Assembly: GCA_937948815.1 (NCBI GenBank)
Contig: CALFAM010000153.1
Coordinates: forward strand, 2,212-66,211
Source of the DNA: an uncultured bacterium
GTDB taxonomy: Bacteria; Acidobacteriota; Thermoanaerobaculia; Multivoradales; J023
Reading direction: 5' to 3'
Length of the DNA: 64,000 nt
The translations under genes and the position numbers were made by a program. This document shows positions 36,901 to 44,277 of this stretch, piece after piece (the first letter of the stretch is position 1; every line of letters begins with the position of its first letter). The notes under the pieces are model-generated. The model was given only the letters and a program-made list of their open reading frames with translations, ran no database searches and had not been told where the DNA came from.

Positions 36901-38930
36901 CAGCGTCGCTGCTCGGGGCCGCCGGGCAAGGGAACTATGCTGCTGCCAACGCCTTCTTGGACGGGCTTGCCCACTACCGTCATGCATTGAATCTACCGGC
37001 GACCACCATCAACTGGGGCCCCTGGAGCGAAGTCGGTATGGCTGCCGCGCTCGGAAGTCAGGTCGAGAGTCAGAAGGCAGAGCGAGGTCTGGGAACCATC
37101 TCACCTGCCGAGGGCTGCCGGATCTTGGAGCAGATCCTGATCAAGAGACCTGCTCAGGTGGGTGTCGTGCGTGCAGACTGGGACCTTCTGCTCCGTTCAC
37201 CGGCTGCTGCGCTGCGTCAGACCTCCTTGTTTCGGGACTGGGACGCGGCACGATCGAATGGGGTTGCTGGGTCCAAGGTCGAAGAATTCGAAGGACTCTC
37301 CGAAGGAAATCGGGTCGAGCGTCTCGGAAATTACCTCACCGAGCAGCTTGCCCGGGTCCTGGGACTCGAGTCGAGCGAAGTTCGTCGGGATGCGCCGCTG
37401 ATGTCGATGGGATTCGACTCGCTGATGGGGCTCGAGCTTCGGGAACAAGTGGAGTCTGATCTGGGGGTGACCCTCCCCATGGTCAACATTCTACGTGGCG
37501 ATCATGTGGATGACTTCGCCCTGCACCTTGCTCGCGCGCTCGAGGGGCCTGCGCCGGGCGACATGCTTTCACCAGCCGGTCGGCCCCCACAAGTGTTATC
37601 GGCCGCGCGGCCGAATGAAGAGCCCGGGCCAGGGCTCTTCGACATCGAGCTATCAGCCTCCTTGGTTCAGCCAGACACGGGACTGACCGTTCGCCTGGCA
37701 CCCGCCGAGTGGCCAGCGAAGAGGCAGTCGGTGCGCGTCGAGGTGTCGCTGACGCTACGAGATGATCAAGGCGACGAGCTGCGACCGATCGGCACTGCCT
37801 CCATCGACCGTCCAGAGGCTCGGGAGTTCCATCTGGATACCCAGATGCTCGAGAACGGCATTTATCTGATCGACTACGTGTTGACGAGTGCGGAGGGAAA
37901 GGTGCTGGTGCAATTGTGGCGCCGCTTTGCCGTTCAGCATGGGGTGAATGCGCGTCTTGCACGCCTTCGAGAGAGACTCGAGCAGGTACCAGAACCAGCG
38001 AACACCGCGAACACCGCGAATGCAGCGCGAGCAACCGTTGCCGAGATCCTCAGCCTGCTGAGTCAGGCGCAAGAGATCTATTTGGCACGCAATGGTGAGA
38101 CGGACACGCCAAAGGCGAGTCAAGCGAGAGGGCTGAACCGACAGCTCAAGACACGCCTTCCATTCGAAGCCGCCGAACAGCTCGACCTCGCCGAGAACAT
38201 CGTCACTGCGCTTCACGACCAAATCGATCCGTTCGAATGCCTGCGTGGCGATCTCCGACTGTCACTCCGTTCGGCGGCCGACGGGGCAATCGTTCCCTAT
38301 CGCCTCTACGTGCCGGACGCATTCGAGCTCGGAGCGTCGTGGCCGCTGGTTATCCTGCTCCATGGAATCCTGGGCGACGAGTGCTCCTTCTTCGAGCTCG
38401 AAAATGGGCAGTGCAAGCGGCTCGCCGAACGCAATAGCTGCATCCTGCTCGCACCGGCCGGACGTGGGCCGGGTGGAAGCCACAACGAGCGAACGAGCTC
38501 GGACCTCTTCGAGATGACGCGGCAGGCGCGAGAGATTCTTCAACTCAGAGAAGCGCCCATCTACCTTGCTGGACACTCGATGGGAAGTGAGTGGGCATGG
38601 AAGATCGGGTTTGGGCATTCCGAGCGCATTGCCGCCCTCGGGCTCATTTCAGGCGTGCCGATCTATGAGGAGGCCGCGGAGCTCGTCGGCCGCTCGCCGA
38701 CCCTGCCCGTGCGCCAGTACCACGGCGTACGGGATCCAATCTCGAAGATCGATGTCGCTCGGCGAATTGCGACACTTGCGGACTCGACCCTGCTCGACTA
38801 CCAGTTCGTGGAGTACGCTGACCGCGCCCATCATGATGTGGCCGAGTTGGCCATGGTCGAGATTTTCGAGTTCTTCGTCATGCATTCCATCAAGGCAACC
38901 CAGACCGCCAAGGAACCCGTCGAGGATTGA
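30939..38930 (+). CDS. Type I PKS module 4 plus release: KS-AT-[DUF2156/MprF-C-like]-DH-KR-ACP-[unknown ~250 aa]-alpha/beta hydrolase
   Basis: 2663-aa ORF.
- KS: ETACSSS / [11 protein letters not shown] / [10 protein letters not shown]
- AT: GHSVGEY plus HAFHS
- ~33.7-34.7 kb DUF2156-like: FDLHGGRMKRLRSKFNAFDRTG, MDLEFYRQDVRPGALEFGIV, NFEFKKKFAPAIEPFYISR
- DH: FHPLLGNRL, LGEHRVFERIVLP, YGPSFRCI, HPVLLDACLQ
- KR: YLVTGGLGGLG, YAAANAFLD
- ACP: MGFDSLMGLEL
- C-terminal hydrolase: PLVILLHG, GHSMGS (38569-38586), HGVRDPI, ADRAHH. Confidence 0.93.
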   Translation: MDAYAKKIAGYSKAHLSLLCLELKKRLDAAEGAATEPIAIVGMSCRFPGGANSPDAYWQLLRQGRDAIAPIPEGRWDQDSYYDADPDATGKMYCQYGGFLDELDGFEPQLFNISPREASSLDPQHRILLELTWEALEDAGQDPTSLRGTRTGVFVGFGSDDFTKNQLLDLPPERFDIYLGTGGGYCYGGGRLSHTLGLNGPNVSLETACSSSLVALHLACQSLRMGECPQAIAGGVHLWMSPVGGIFLSKVRALAPDGRCKTFDSRADGFVRGEGGGVVVLKRLSDAKRDGDQIHAVIRASAINHDGPSSALTVPYGPAQQAVIETALRQAKVQPHEIGYVEAHGTGTPLGDPIEVRSLAKVLGRAAGRSADNPLVIGSVKTNFGHLEAAAGIAGVLKVVLALKREVIPPHLHFRQANSEICLEDGPFIVPTESISWGRGSRKRLAGVSSFGMSGTNAHAILEEAPRAIDGNGDSGRPAHLLTLRARSEAALRQLATRYADHLSEHPSLPLQDVCATANTGRTAWPWRLAAVADSGRELGEKLRALAADEPSRDVVRGQAAPRQAPKVAFLFPGQGAQRVGMGRELYEAEPAFRQAIDECDGYLRPYLDRSLPAMLRDEDAPLDETATTQPVLFALGYALAAMWQHWGIRPDAVLGHSVGEYVAACVAGSLSLEDAATLIAERGRLMQALPADGGMVAVLASAEQVEPLLRPVASQVSLAAVNGPRSVVLSGLRTTLERLCRELAARTIQSRWLPVSHAFHSPLMDPILDTFEELVASRKLGKPKLPLISNLNGRPVDDEIMQPSYWRRHARECVRFADGLSCLANQGFEIFLECGPASTLLGMGRKCLPAKEGTWLPSMRAEAPWHGTLRTLGALYAKGADVSWSRFHGDAWQRRSLPTYPFERRRYWLDLDMQRPQPKIVLEQEGRQDPELGPVIDELFSAWGGDGVMAINRRVTSPWLLLTPARKSLFCFNQRREALLVTSYVGPPAARESSIEYLLRYTRSRELDLTLFVHGHHAESLARMGLSTTPVGVWQTLADTRSFDLHGGRMKRLRSKFNAFDRTGQGRVDECRVGDDSRVDQQIVEMIGHWVKRKGRKAPFVSELERQIRSGALHPGHRLFLVYATNDLESVILLSPIPQKNGHLMDLEFYRQDVRPGALEFGIVRILELLRAEGSTYLSLGSTFGTQLSAHENEDPEVAALLGALHDQGLLNEDGNFEFKKKFAPAIEPFYISRLKGAGTASIATVLAMLSGKEGGDFDGVVADPSDDSPKALAPHADERDQNALERETFHPLLGNRLSLAVRDVVFHAVLSTDLPHLAFLGEHRVFERIVLPGAAYIETALAGAEHVLGARPCVLEDLHLQEALVLRDEERLDVQTIFARDSAGALTFQVSSARRKDESGEWIVHGSGRVTLTESAEALAESAKESLPTLRERCTDSVDIESFYRVASTHGIAYGPSFRCIEELWSGEGEALGRVVLPDRLAEAGSRFVVHPVLLDACLQFPGIAWVSLRGEAEPGINYLPFRLGRFCQYRPWCRELWSHVRIRPVADERPESLVMDVSLFDRQGNRVAELSEFAARRTSRDVMRLLLRDDAEDLLYEMRWQPAARHAKGESDRSAAGRRDVAEVRTPEVGAWLVTTDTDGLGDLVADALAARGAEVVVVRPPPIGASSECLAAAEADDAAEFRKIFREAARQSADTTFGIVHCCSSSADIDFESESQWVIRDAQNRGSRRLLAILDELSAAGVAADGAKVWCVTRNAQPIHGGAVDPSLAPLWGLGRTIAQEHPELWGGMVDLPPTAGREETGRLAGELLRGDGEDHVAFRGNERLVARLTACDAAQPTSGSLAFRANATYLVTGGLGGLGLTVARWLVDRGARHLALLGRTGNDTGTASADLASLREAGASLVILKADCSQKDALASAIEEIHQSQPPLRGVFHAAGVLADALLQHQTWPQFREVMAPKIDASWHLHSLTRDIPLDYFVLFSSAASLLGAAGQGNYAAANAFLDGLAHYRHALNLPATTINWGPWSEVGMAAALGSQVESQKAERGLGTISPAEGCRILEQILIKRPAQVGVVRADWDLLLRSPAAALRQTSLFRDWDAARSNGVAGSKVEEFEGLSEGNRVERLGNYLTEQLARVLGLESSEVRRDAPLMSMGFDSLMGLELREQVESDLGVTLPMVNILRGDHVDDFALHLARALEGPAPGDMLSPAGRPPQVLSAARPNEEPGPGLFDIELSASLVQPDTGLTVRLAPAEWPAKRQSVRVEVSLTLRDDQGDELRPIGTASIDRPEAREFHLDTQMLENGIYLIDYVLTSAEGKVLVQLWRRFAVQHGVNARLARLRERLEQVPEPANTANTANAARATVAEILSLLSQAQEIYLARNGETDTPKASQARGLNRQLKTRLPFEAAEQLDLAENIVTALHDQIDPFECLRGDLRLSLRSAADGAIVPYRLYVPDAFELGASWPLVILLHGILGDECSFFELENGQCKRLAERNSCILLAPAGRGPGGSHNERTSSDLFEMTRQAREILQLREAPIYLAGHSMGSEWAWKIGFGHSERIAALGLISGVPIYEEAAELVGRSPTLPVRQYHGVRDPISKIDVARRIATLADSTLLDYQFVEYADRAHHDVAELAMVEIFEFFVMHSIKATQTAKEPVED

Positions 38931-38934
38931 AACC

Positions 38935-39993
38935 ATGAACGAAGCTCAACTCGCTGCGGAAAGCCGTCTCGAAAAGCACCAAGCGGAGGCGGAAGAGGCC
39001 GAGCCGAAGAAGGCCGGCGAACAGGCAAGTAGCGGGCATTCGCACGCCCGGATCGAAAAGCCCAAGACGCTGCTCGGCAAGGTGCTCTCGGTCGGTGCAT
39101 TTCCATTTGCCCTGACGGCGGTCTTCTGTGGCTACTTCTACGCATTGGAAAAGGGCTACAACCTCGCCGTCTCGATCACGGTGCTCGCCTTTCTGAATCT
39201 CGTGTTCGTCATGTTTCTCGAGAAGATCTTGCCACACACGTATCGTTGGAAGATTCGGTGGCAAGCGCTCAAGACGGACATTCTGCACGTCGTCTTCTCC
39301 GACCGCATCAATTACCTGGTGTTCGAGCTCTTGCTGGGCGGTGTGCTTCTCTGGATATCGCTGAAGGTGTCCGAGCTTTTCAACTACGCACTGTGGCCTT
39401 CGCAGTGGCCGCTTCTGCTGCAACTTCCGTTGACTTGCCTCGTCGCAGAGTTCTTTCACTACTGGTGGCACCGCGCATCGCACGAGTTCGAGTGGATCTG
39501 GAAGTTCCATGCGACCCACCACAGTTCTGAGCACATGTACTTTCTGGCCGCGGCGCGGTTCCATCCCTTCGACAACCTCATGGCCCACGCCGTGCAGATG
39601 TTTCCGCTGGTCGCGCTTGGCGTCCCCAAGGAAACTTTGGCCCTCTACATGCTATTCGTCAGCGTGCAAGGGCCATTTGGGCACGGCAATGTTTCCATTC
39701 GTCTCGGCCCGCTCAACTATCTGTTTGCTGTTGCCGAGGTTCATCGTTGGCATCATTCGCAGAACCTCCAGGATGCGAACTCGAACTACGGGGGTGGAAT
39801 CATCTTTTGGGATCTCGTTTTCGGAACATTCAATCTGCCCAAGGATCGGGAACATCAGCCTGATGATCTCGGCTTGGTCGACATGCCGCGCTTTCCCCAG
39901 AACTATGTGGGTCAGCTGGCGTCACCCTTCCGATGGGGAAAGCTCACCAAAGACGATCCAGAGGGTGGGAAATATCACGGGCGGCGAAGGTAG
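38935..39993 (+). CDS. Fatty acid hydroxylase / sterol desaturase superfamily membrane di-iron enzyme
   Basis: ATG 38935 lies 4 nt after the PKS stop. Multiple TM segments and three His boxes (HYWWHRASH, HATHHSSEH, HRWHHSQ). The ORF-track start 38566 is rejected because it overlaps the PKS. Confidence 0.85.
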   Translation: MNEAQLAAESRLEKHQAEAEEAEPKKAGEQASSGHSHARIEKPKTLLGKVLSVGAFPFALTAVFCGYFYALEKGYNLAVSITVLAFLNLVFVMFLEKILPHTYRWKIRWQALKTDILHVVFSDRINYLVFELLLGGVLLWISLKVSELFNYALWPSQWPLLLQLPLTCLVAEFFHYWWHRASHEFEWIWKFHATHHSSEHMYFLAAARFHPFDNLMAHAVQMFPLVALGVPKETLALYMLFVSVQGPFGHGNVSIRLGPLNYLFAVAEVHRWHHSQNLQDANSNYGGGIIFWDLVFGTFNLPKDREHQPDDLGLVDMPRFPQNYVGQLASPFRWGKLTKDDPEGGKYHGRRR

Positions 39994-40021
39994 AGTCCTC
40001 GCGTTTCCGGCGCCTGGGCGT

Positions 40022-40852
40022 TCAGGCTTCGCTCGATCTCGGCCCTCGCAACCGGTACGAGAGCACCTTGGAAGGTCTCATGGCCGGGGGAAGATGGCGA
40101 AGGAGACGAAATAGGCCGAGGCGTGGCTCCGACTGTTTGCAGTACTGCCACTCCTCGAGCAGCGCGATGCCTTCTCCCCAGGTTTCGACTTCCCGTCCTC
40201 TGCTCACGCCCCATTGGAAGCGAAGACCCATCGGGCCAACCGTCGGATGAAGTCGGCTGAGCAAGACTTCGAGTGGCGAGATCGCGGTGAAAATAAGCTG
40301 AGAACCCGGAAAGCGGCGATTGAGACTCGAGATGAGCCACCGAACCTGTTGTTCCTCGAGATACATCAGAACGCCTTCGGCGATGAAGACGATCGACTCA
40401 GGCGCGTGACCCTCGAGCGATTTCATCCACGATTCGTCCAAGATCGAAGAGGCAACGAAGGTTCGGCACGGTTCTTCGTCCAACAGCCTTCGGCGTAGGG
40501 AAATGACATCCGTGAAGTCGATGTCGACCCAAGAGGTAGAGCCCTGATGGACGCGCTCGAAGCGTGTATCAAGGCCGCAGCCGAGCGTTACGACCAACGT
40601 CTCGGGCTGCACGGCCAGAGCTTGTTGAAGCAACGAGTCGATCTTCTGTGTACGCAGTGCGATGACCGTGTTGTAGAGATCCTGCTTGGCAAGTCGAGAG
40701 AAGTCGTAATCGATGCGACCAATCAGTTGTACGGCCTTGGCATCGGTCACGATCGGCCGGTCTCGCTCAGATTCGAGCGCCCGGCTGAAGAGCGGAAGGA
40801 GCAGTGTCTCGGAAACGCCCTGCAGATCTGCTTTGTGACCGTTCTCGTTCAT
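40022..40852 (-). CDS. Class I SAM-dependent O-methyltransferase, TcmP / leucine carboxyl methyltransferase family
   Basis: LQGVSETLLLPLFSRALE...VVTLGCGLDTRFERV...WVDIDFTDVISLRRRLL matches the LCM/TcmP pattern. ATG 40852 is preceded by GGAAGGAA. The gene is convergent with the hydroxylase. Confidence 0.8.
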   Translation of the reverse strand: MNENGHKADLQGVSETLLLPLFSRALESERDRPIVTDAKAVQLIGRIDYDFSRLAKQDLYNTVIALRTQKIDSLLQQALAVQPETLVVTLGCGLDTRFERVHQGSTSWVDIDFTDVISLRRRLLDEEPCRTFVASSILDESWMKSLEGHAPESIVFIAEGVLMYLEEQQVRWLISSLNRRFPGSQLIFTAISPLEVLLSRLHPTVGPMGLRFQWGVSRGREVETWGEGIALLEEWQYCKQSEPRLGLFRLLRHLPPAMRPSKVLSYRLRGPRSSEA

Positions 40853-41837
40853 TTCCTTCCTCGTTCCGACGGGGCTGTGCAGGGAAAATTTACGCGGTGC
40901 GCGTAGCGGTTTGGGCGGTGTCCTGCTGAGATGGACGGGAAAGGATGCGGAAGCATTGCGTTTCTCAGGGCGCGACCCGCGGGTGTGCAAGCGCGGCGAG
41001 CGCCTTTGCCTCGACAGTCTATTCTATTCAAAGAACTCGCTTGGGCCAGGCAATGAACGATTCGTGTGCTCTCGCGAGCAGATCCCGACGCTTGAGCGGT
41101 GCGGGCCGGTGCGATGGATCCCCGTTGTTTGGGTTGAGCGACCATTTCGCCGAAGTCGGCATGCCGAGCAACCCGACGCTGGCTTGGGACGGTCGATTCT
41201 CCGCGATGCCGTGCGACTGATGAGCGCGGAGGCCGAAATACCCGCGACTTGGGTTGTGGTGCGAAAACGCGCTATAATTGAAAAGAGGTACATGATGTTC
41301 AGTTGTGTGCCGTGTCCGGGTCGAGATGAATTCATTGAGGTTGTCGTCCGTTGCGAGCACTCGGCTTCTCGCGGTATGGCTTCTTGGTTGACACAGCTCA
41401 GTGCTCGGTGGCCAGTGTCGTGGCAGGGAGTCGCTGCGGACCGTCGCGCTGTTTCTTGACAGAGTGGAAGCCGGAAGCTACTCGAAACGTAGCTTCTAGA
41501 AGAGTCTGAGGTAGCAAGGCATCTTGAGGACAAGGTCGAGTTCCTTGTGATGTCATTCTCGCATTGGCCTACGGTCGGTTTCGAAACGAAGGGCGTATTC
41601 TTCTTCCCATTTAGGGGCCTTCCCGTCTCGGGGTCAGGCGAAAGCGCCCACGTCTTGATCGCAGATCGGCGTTTGCGAGGGGTGCCTTCGTCGTCAAGAG
41701 CGACAATCGCAGGCCAGGTGAATCGAGATGTCTCCGCGCTCCTCGGAGCGCACTCGGCTTGCGCGTGTTTCGTCCGCGCGCGCTCCAATGGCTGAGCTCA
41801 TGATGTCTGCCCCTGGTCTTCCACGAGGCGAAAGATC

Positions 41838-42752
41838 ATGACGTCAGCCGTCGAGCTTCGATTGCTAGAGATTTTCTATCATGTCTACAACATGCGTAGC
41901 TTTTCGAAGGCTGCGCAGCACCTTGGCCTTAGTCAGCCCACGATCAGCGGCCATATCAAGGCAGTGGAGAGCCATTTCGGCGTACCGCTATTCGATCGCA
42001 AGGGCCGTACAATCGAAGCCACGGACGCTGGTCATCTGCTCTATCGAAAATGTGAAGGCTTGATCGAGCTCCAAGGAGCAGCGAGCGATGCCATGGATCG
42101 CTTTCTGAACCACTTCGAAGGGAGGCTCCACCTGGGCGCCAGCAATATTCCAGGTGAGTACTTTCTACCGCCGATTCTGAGCCGCTTTCGTCAACGCTTT
42201 CCGCAGATTCAGGTCACGCTGCACATCCAAGGGACGCAACCCACGCTTGCAAAGGTCGTGTCCGGGGAAGTGAGCGCCGGTTTCATAGGTGGCCTTCCCT
42301 ATGGCGAACAGGTTCACTCGGTGCGGTTTGCTTCGGATGAGCTGGTGGCGGTTTGTTCACCCGCGTTCGGTGAGCACGCCTCGATCACCTCTTTGACTGC
42401 GGAGCAGCTCCGGGAGACGGACTTTGTCGCGCGCGAGCCAGGATCGGGCACTCGGTCGGCAATGGATCGAAGGCTCCAAGAGATCGGCGTTCGCTATGAC
42501 GACCTCCGGATTGTTGCCGAGCTCGGTAGCAATACCGCCGTGCTCGAAGCCGTGCGGGCGGGGATCGGCATGTCTATCGTCTCTTCATTGTGCGTATCGC
42601 GGGAGCTATCGTCGGGCGTGCTTCAGGCCATTCCGCTCGAAGGATTGCCGCCGCTCGAGCGGAACTTCTTTCGGGTGCACGCCCGCCATCGAACGCTGTC
42701 ACCGCTGGTCGAGGCATTCTTTGGCTTTGTGGACGAGCAAAAGAGGGCCTGA
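41838..42752 (+). CDS. LysR family transcriptional regulator
   Basis: N-terminal HTH LRLLEIFYHVYNMRSFSKAAQHLGLSQPTISGHIKAVE, followed by a LysR substrate-binding domain of the expected length (304 aa). Confidence 0.9.
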   Translation: MTSAVELRLLEIFYHVYNMRSFSKAAQHLGLSQPTISGHIKAVESHFGVPLFDRKGRTIEATDAGHLLYRKCEGLIELQGAASDAMDRFLNHFEGRLHLGASNIPGEYFLPPILSRFRQRFPQIQVTLHIQGTQPTLAKVVSGEVSAGFIGGLPYGEQVHSVRFASDELVAVCSPAFGEHASITSLTAEQLRETDFVAREPGSGTRSAMDRRLQEIGVRYDDLRIVAELGSNTAVLEAVRAGIGMSIVSSLCVSRELSSGVLQAIPLEGLPPLERNFFRVHARHRTLSPLVEAFFGFVDEQKRA

Positions 42753-42759
42753 GTCGCCC

Positions 42760-44277
42760 GTGGCGAAGCTCGGCGTCGAACGAACTGCCGTTGCTGCCAC
42801 AATGGTCTTTGGCGTGAGCCCGATCCTCGGGGTCGCGGCCGCGGTTTCGACAGATGGGCCGCTCTCCGGTGTCGCGCTGGCCCTGCGTGCGGCAGCCTGT
42901 GGGCTGGCGGCGGTGGTTGTCGTACGGCTGATCGCTCGACGGTTGCCCGAGGGCCTCGATGGGCTGGCGCGGCAAGCGCCCAAGAAGTGCGCACTCTGGC
43001 TCTTGCTGGCATTGGTTGCGACTCTGCAGATCGCCCGCGTCAGTGTGTTCATGGTGGATCCCGCCGCGAGGTGGGCGTCGGCCTTCCCGCCTAGCGAGGA
43101 GGCGGCTCGGCACACCTGCCTGAGTGCGTACGTTTATGCGGCCGAGCTCCATCGGCGTGGAGACGACGCTGCGGTCTACCAACGCGCGACCTATCGTGAC
43201 CCGACCGCCCAGACCGACATCGGCAACCTTGCACCGTATCTGGGCGATGCCTTCCTGTATCCAGCGCCGTTCCTGGTGGTCGCGCGTGGTCTCCTGGCAG
43301 TCAGTCCAGATTTTCTTGTCATTCGTAGCGTCTGGTTCGTCTTGAATATCTTGGTATTCATGGCAGGTGCTCTGGCGCTGGCAGCGTGGATCGGTGGGCG
43401 TACGGGCCTCCGCGTGGGTTTCTTGCTTCCGGCCGCGCTCATGGCCATTCCGACGCTTCTCAATTTCCAGTTTGGGCAAGTCCATCTGGTGACCCTCGTC
43501 GGCGCCACGCTGGCAATGGCCTTGTTCGCGACGCGGTACGACAAACTGGGCGGTCTCTTGCTGGGCGCGGCGATTCTCGTCAAAGTGTTTCCCGCGATTT
43601 TGTTGCTCTATCTGGCGTTCCAGCGCCGCTGGCGACCGGTGATCGCCACCATCGCCATGCTTGTCGTGTTGACCGCCACGAGCATGGCAATTCTGGGTAC
43701 AGAGCTGTTCACCCATTACGTGTATCGCGCCGTCGACATTGGCATGGGTGCCGGTATTCCTTCGACGTCGGTGACGGCCTTGGCCAATGACATCGGAATC
43801 TTCCGGGTCGCCGAGAAGCTCGCATTCCTGGGTGTCGTGCAGCAGGGCAACGGGTTGGGCTCGGCGCTTCTGTGGGCCTACACGGCAGTCCTCGGCGTGA
43901 TGGCCTGGTGCGCGGCAAAGCCGCGTGGGCGGCAGGCCGCAAGCCGACACGAACGCGCCCTGATCTGGCTCGGCCTCTTGGCGCTGGCTTCGCTTCGCGC
44001 GCCTGTAGCGCCTTCGGCCTATATCGCCACCAGCGGAATCTGGATTCTGAGCTTGCTCGCGGCCCGAGTCGGGCCGCGTCGGCTCAGTTTGATGGTGGCG
44101 GCGGGCGCTGCTTGGCTGCTGCTGCAAGGGTTGCCGGGCGCGCCATCCCCCAAGCTTCTGATCATGCTCTCGTTCTTGCCACAGCTCGTCTTCGTAGGGG
44201 TCGCGATGGTTGCGATCTTCATCCTCAGCCAAGCGCGATCAGAAACGGCTTCCTTGGGCTTGAATCAATCGGTTTGA
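42760..44277 (+). CDS. Polytopic membrane protein, DUF2029 / GT87-like (GT-C fold) putative glycosyltransferase
   Basis: About 12 hydrophobic segments. The first-loop region reads ...VYQRATYRD...LGDAFLYPAPFLVVARGL, resembling the DUF2029 F-x-Y-P-P pattern. Start is GTG 42760 or ATG 42802. The 42424 start is rejected because it overlaps LysR. Confidence 0.55.
   Translation: MAKLGVERTAVAATMVFGVSPILGVAAAVSTDGPLSGVALALRAAACGLAAVVVVRLIARRLPEGLDGLARQAPKKCALWLLLALVATLQIARVSVFMVDPAARWASAFPPSEEAARHTCLSAYVYAAELHRRGDDAAVYQRATYRDPTAQTDIGNLAPYLGDAFLYPAPFLVVARGLLAVSPDFLVIRSVWFVLNILVFMAGALALAAWIGGRTGLRVGFLLPAALMAIPTLLNFQFGQVHLVTLVGATLAMALFATRYDKLGGLLLGAAILVKVFPAILLLYLAFQRRWRPVIATIAMLVVLTATSMAILGTELFTHYVYRAVDIGMGAGIPSTSVTALANDIGIFRVAEKLAFLGVVQQGNGLGSALLWAYTAVLGVMAWCAAKPRGRQAASRHERALIWLGLLALASLRAPVAPSAYIATSGIWILSLLAARVGPRRLSLMVAAGAAWLLLQGLPGAPSPKLLIMLSFLPQLVFVGVAMVAIFILSQARSETASLGLNQSV

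Noticed and set aside
42574-44232. 552-aa minus-strand ORF opposite the GT-C-like membrane protein gene.
   Set aside because: The translation is extremely Arg/Gln/His/Glu-rich with no hydrophobic core or known motif. The plus-strand frame gives a coherent polytopic membrane protein instead.
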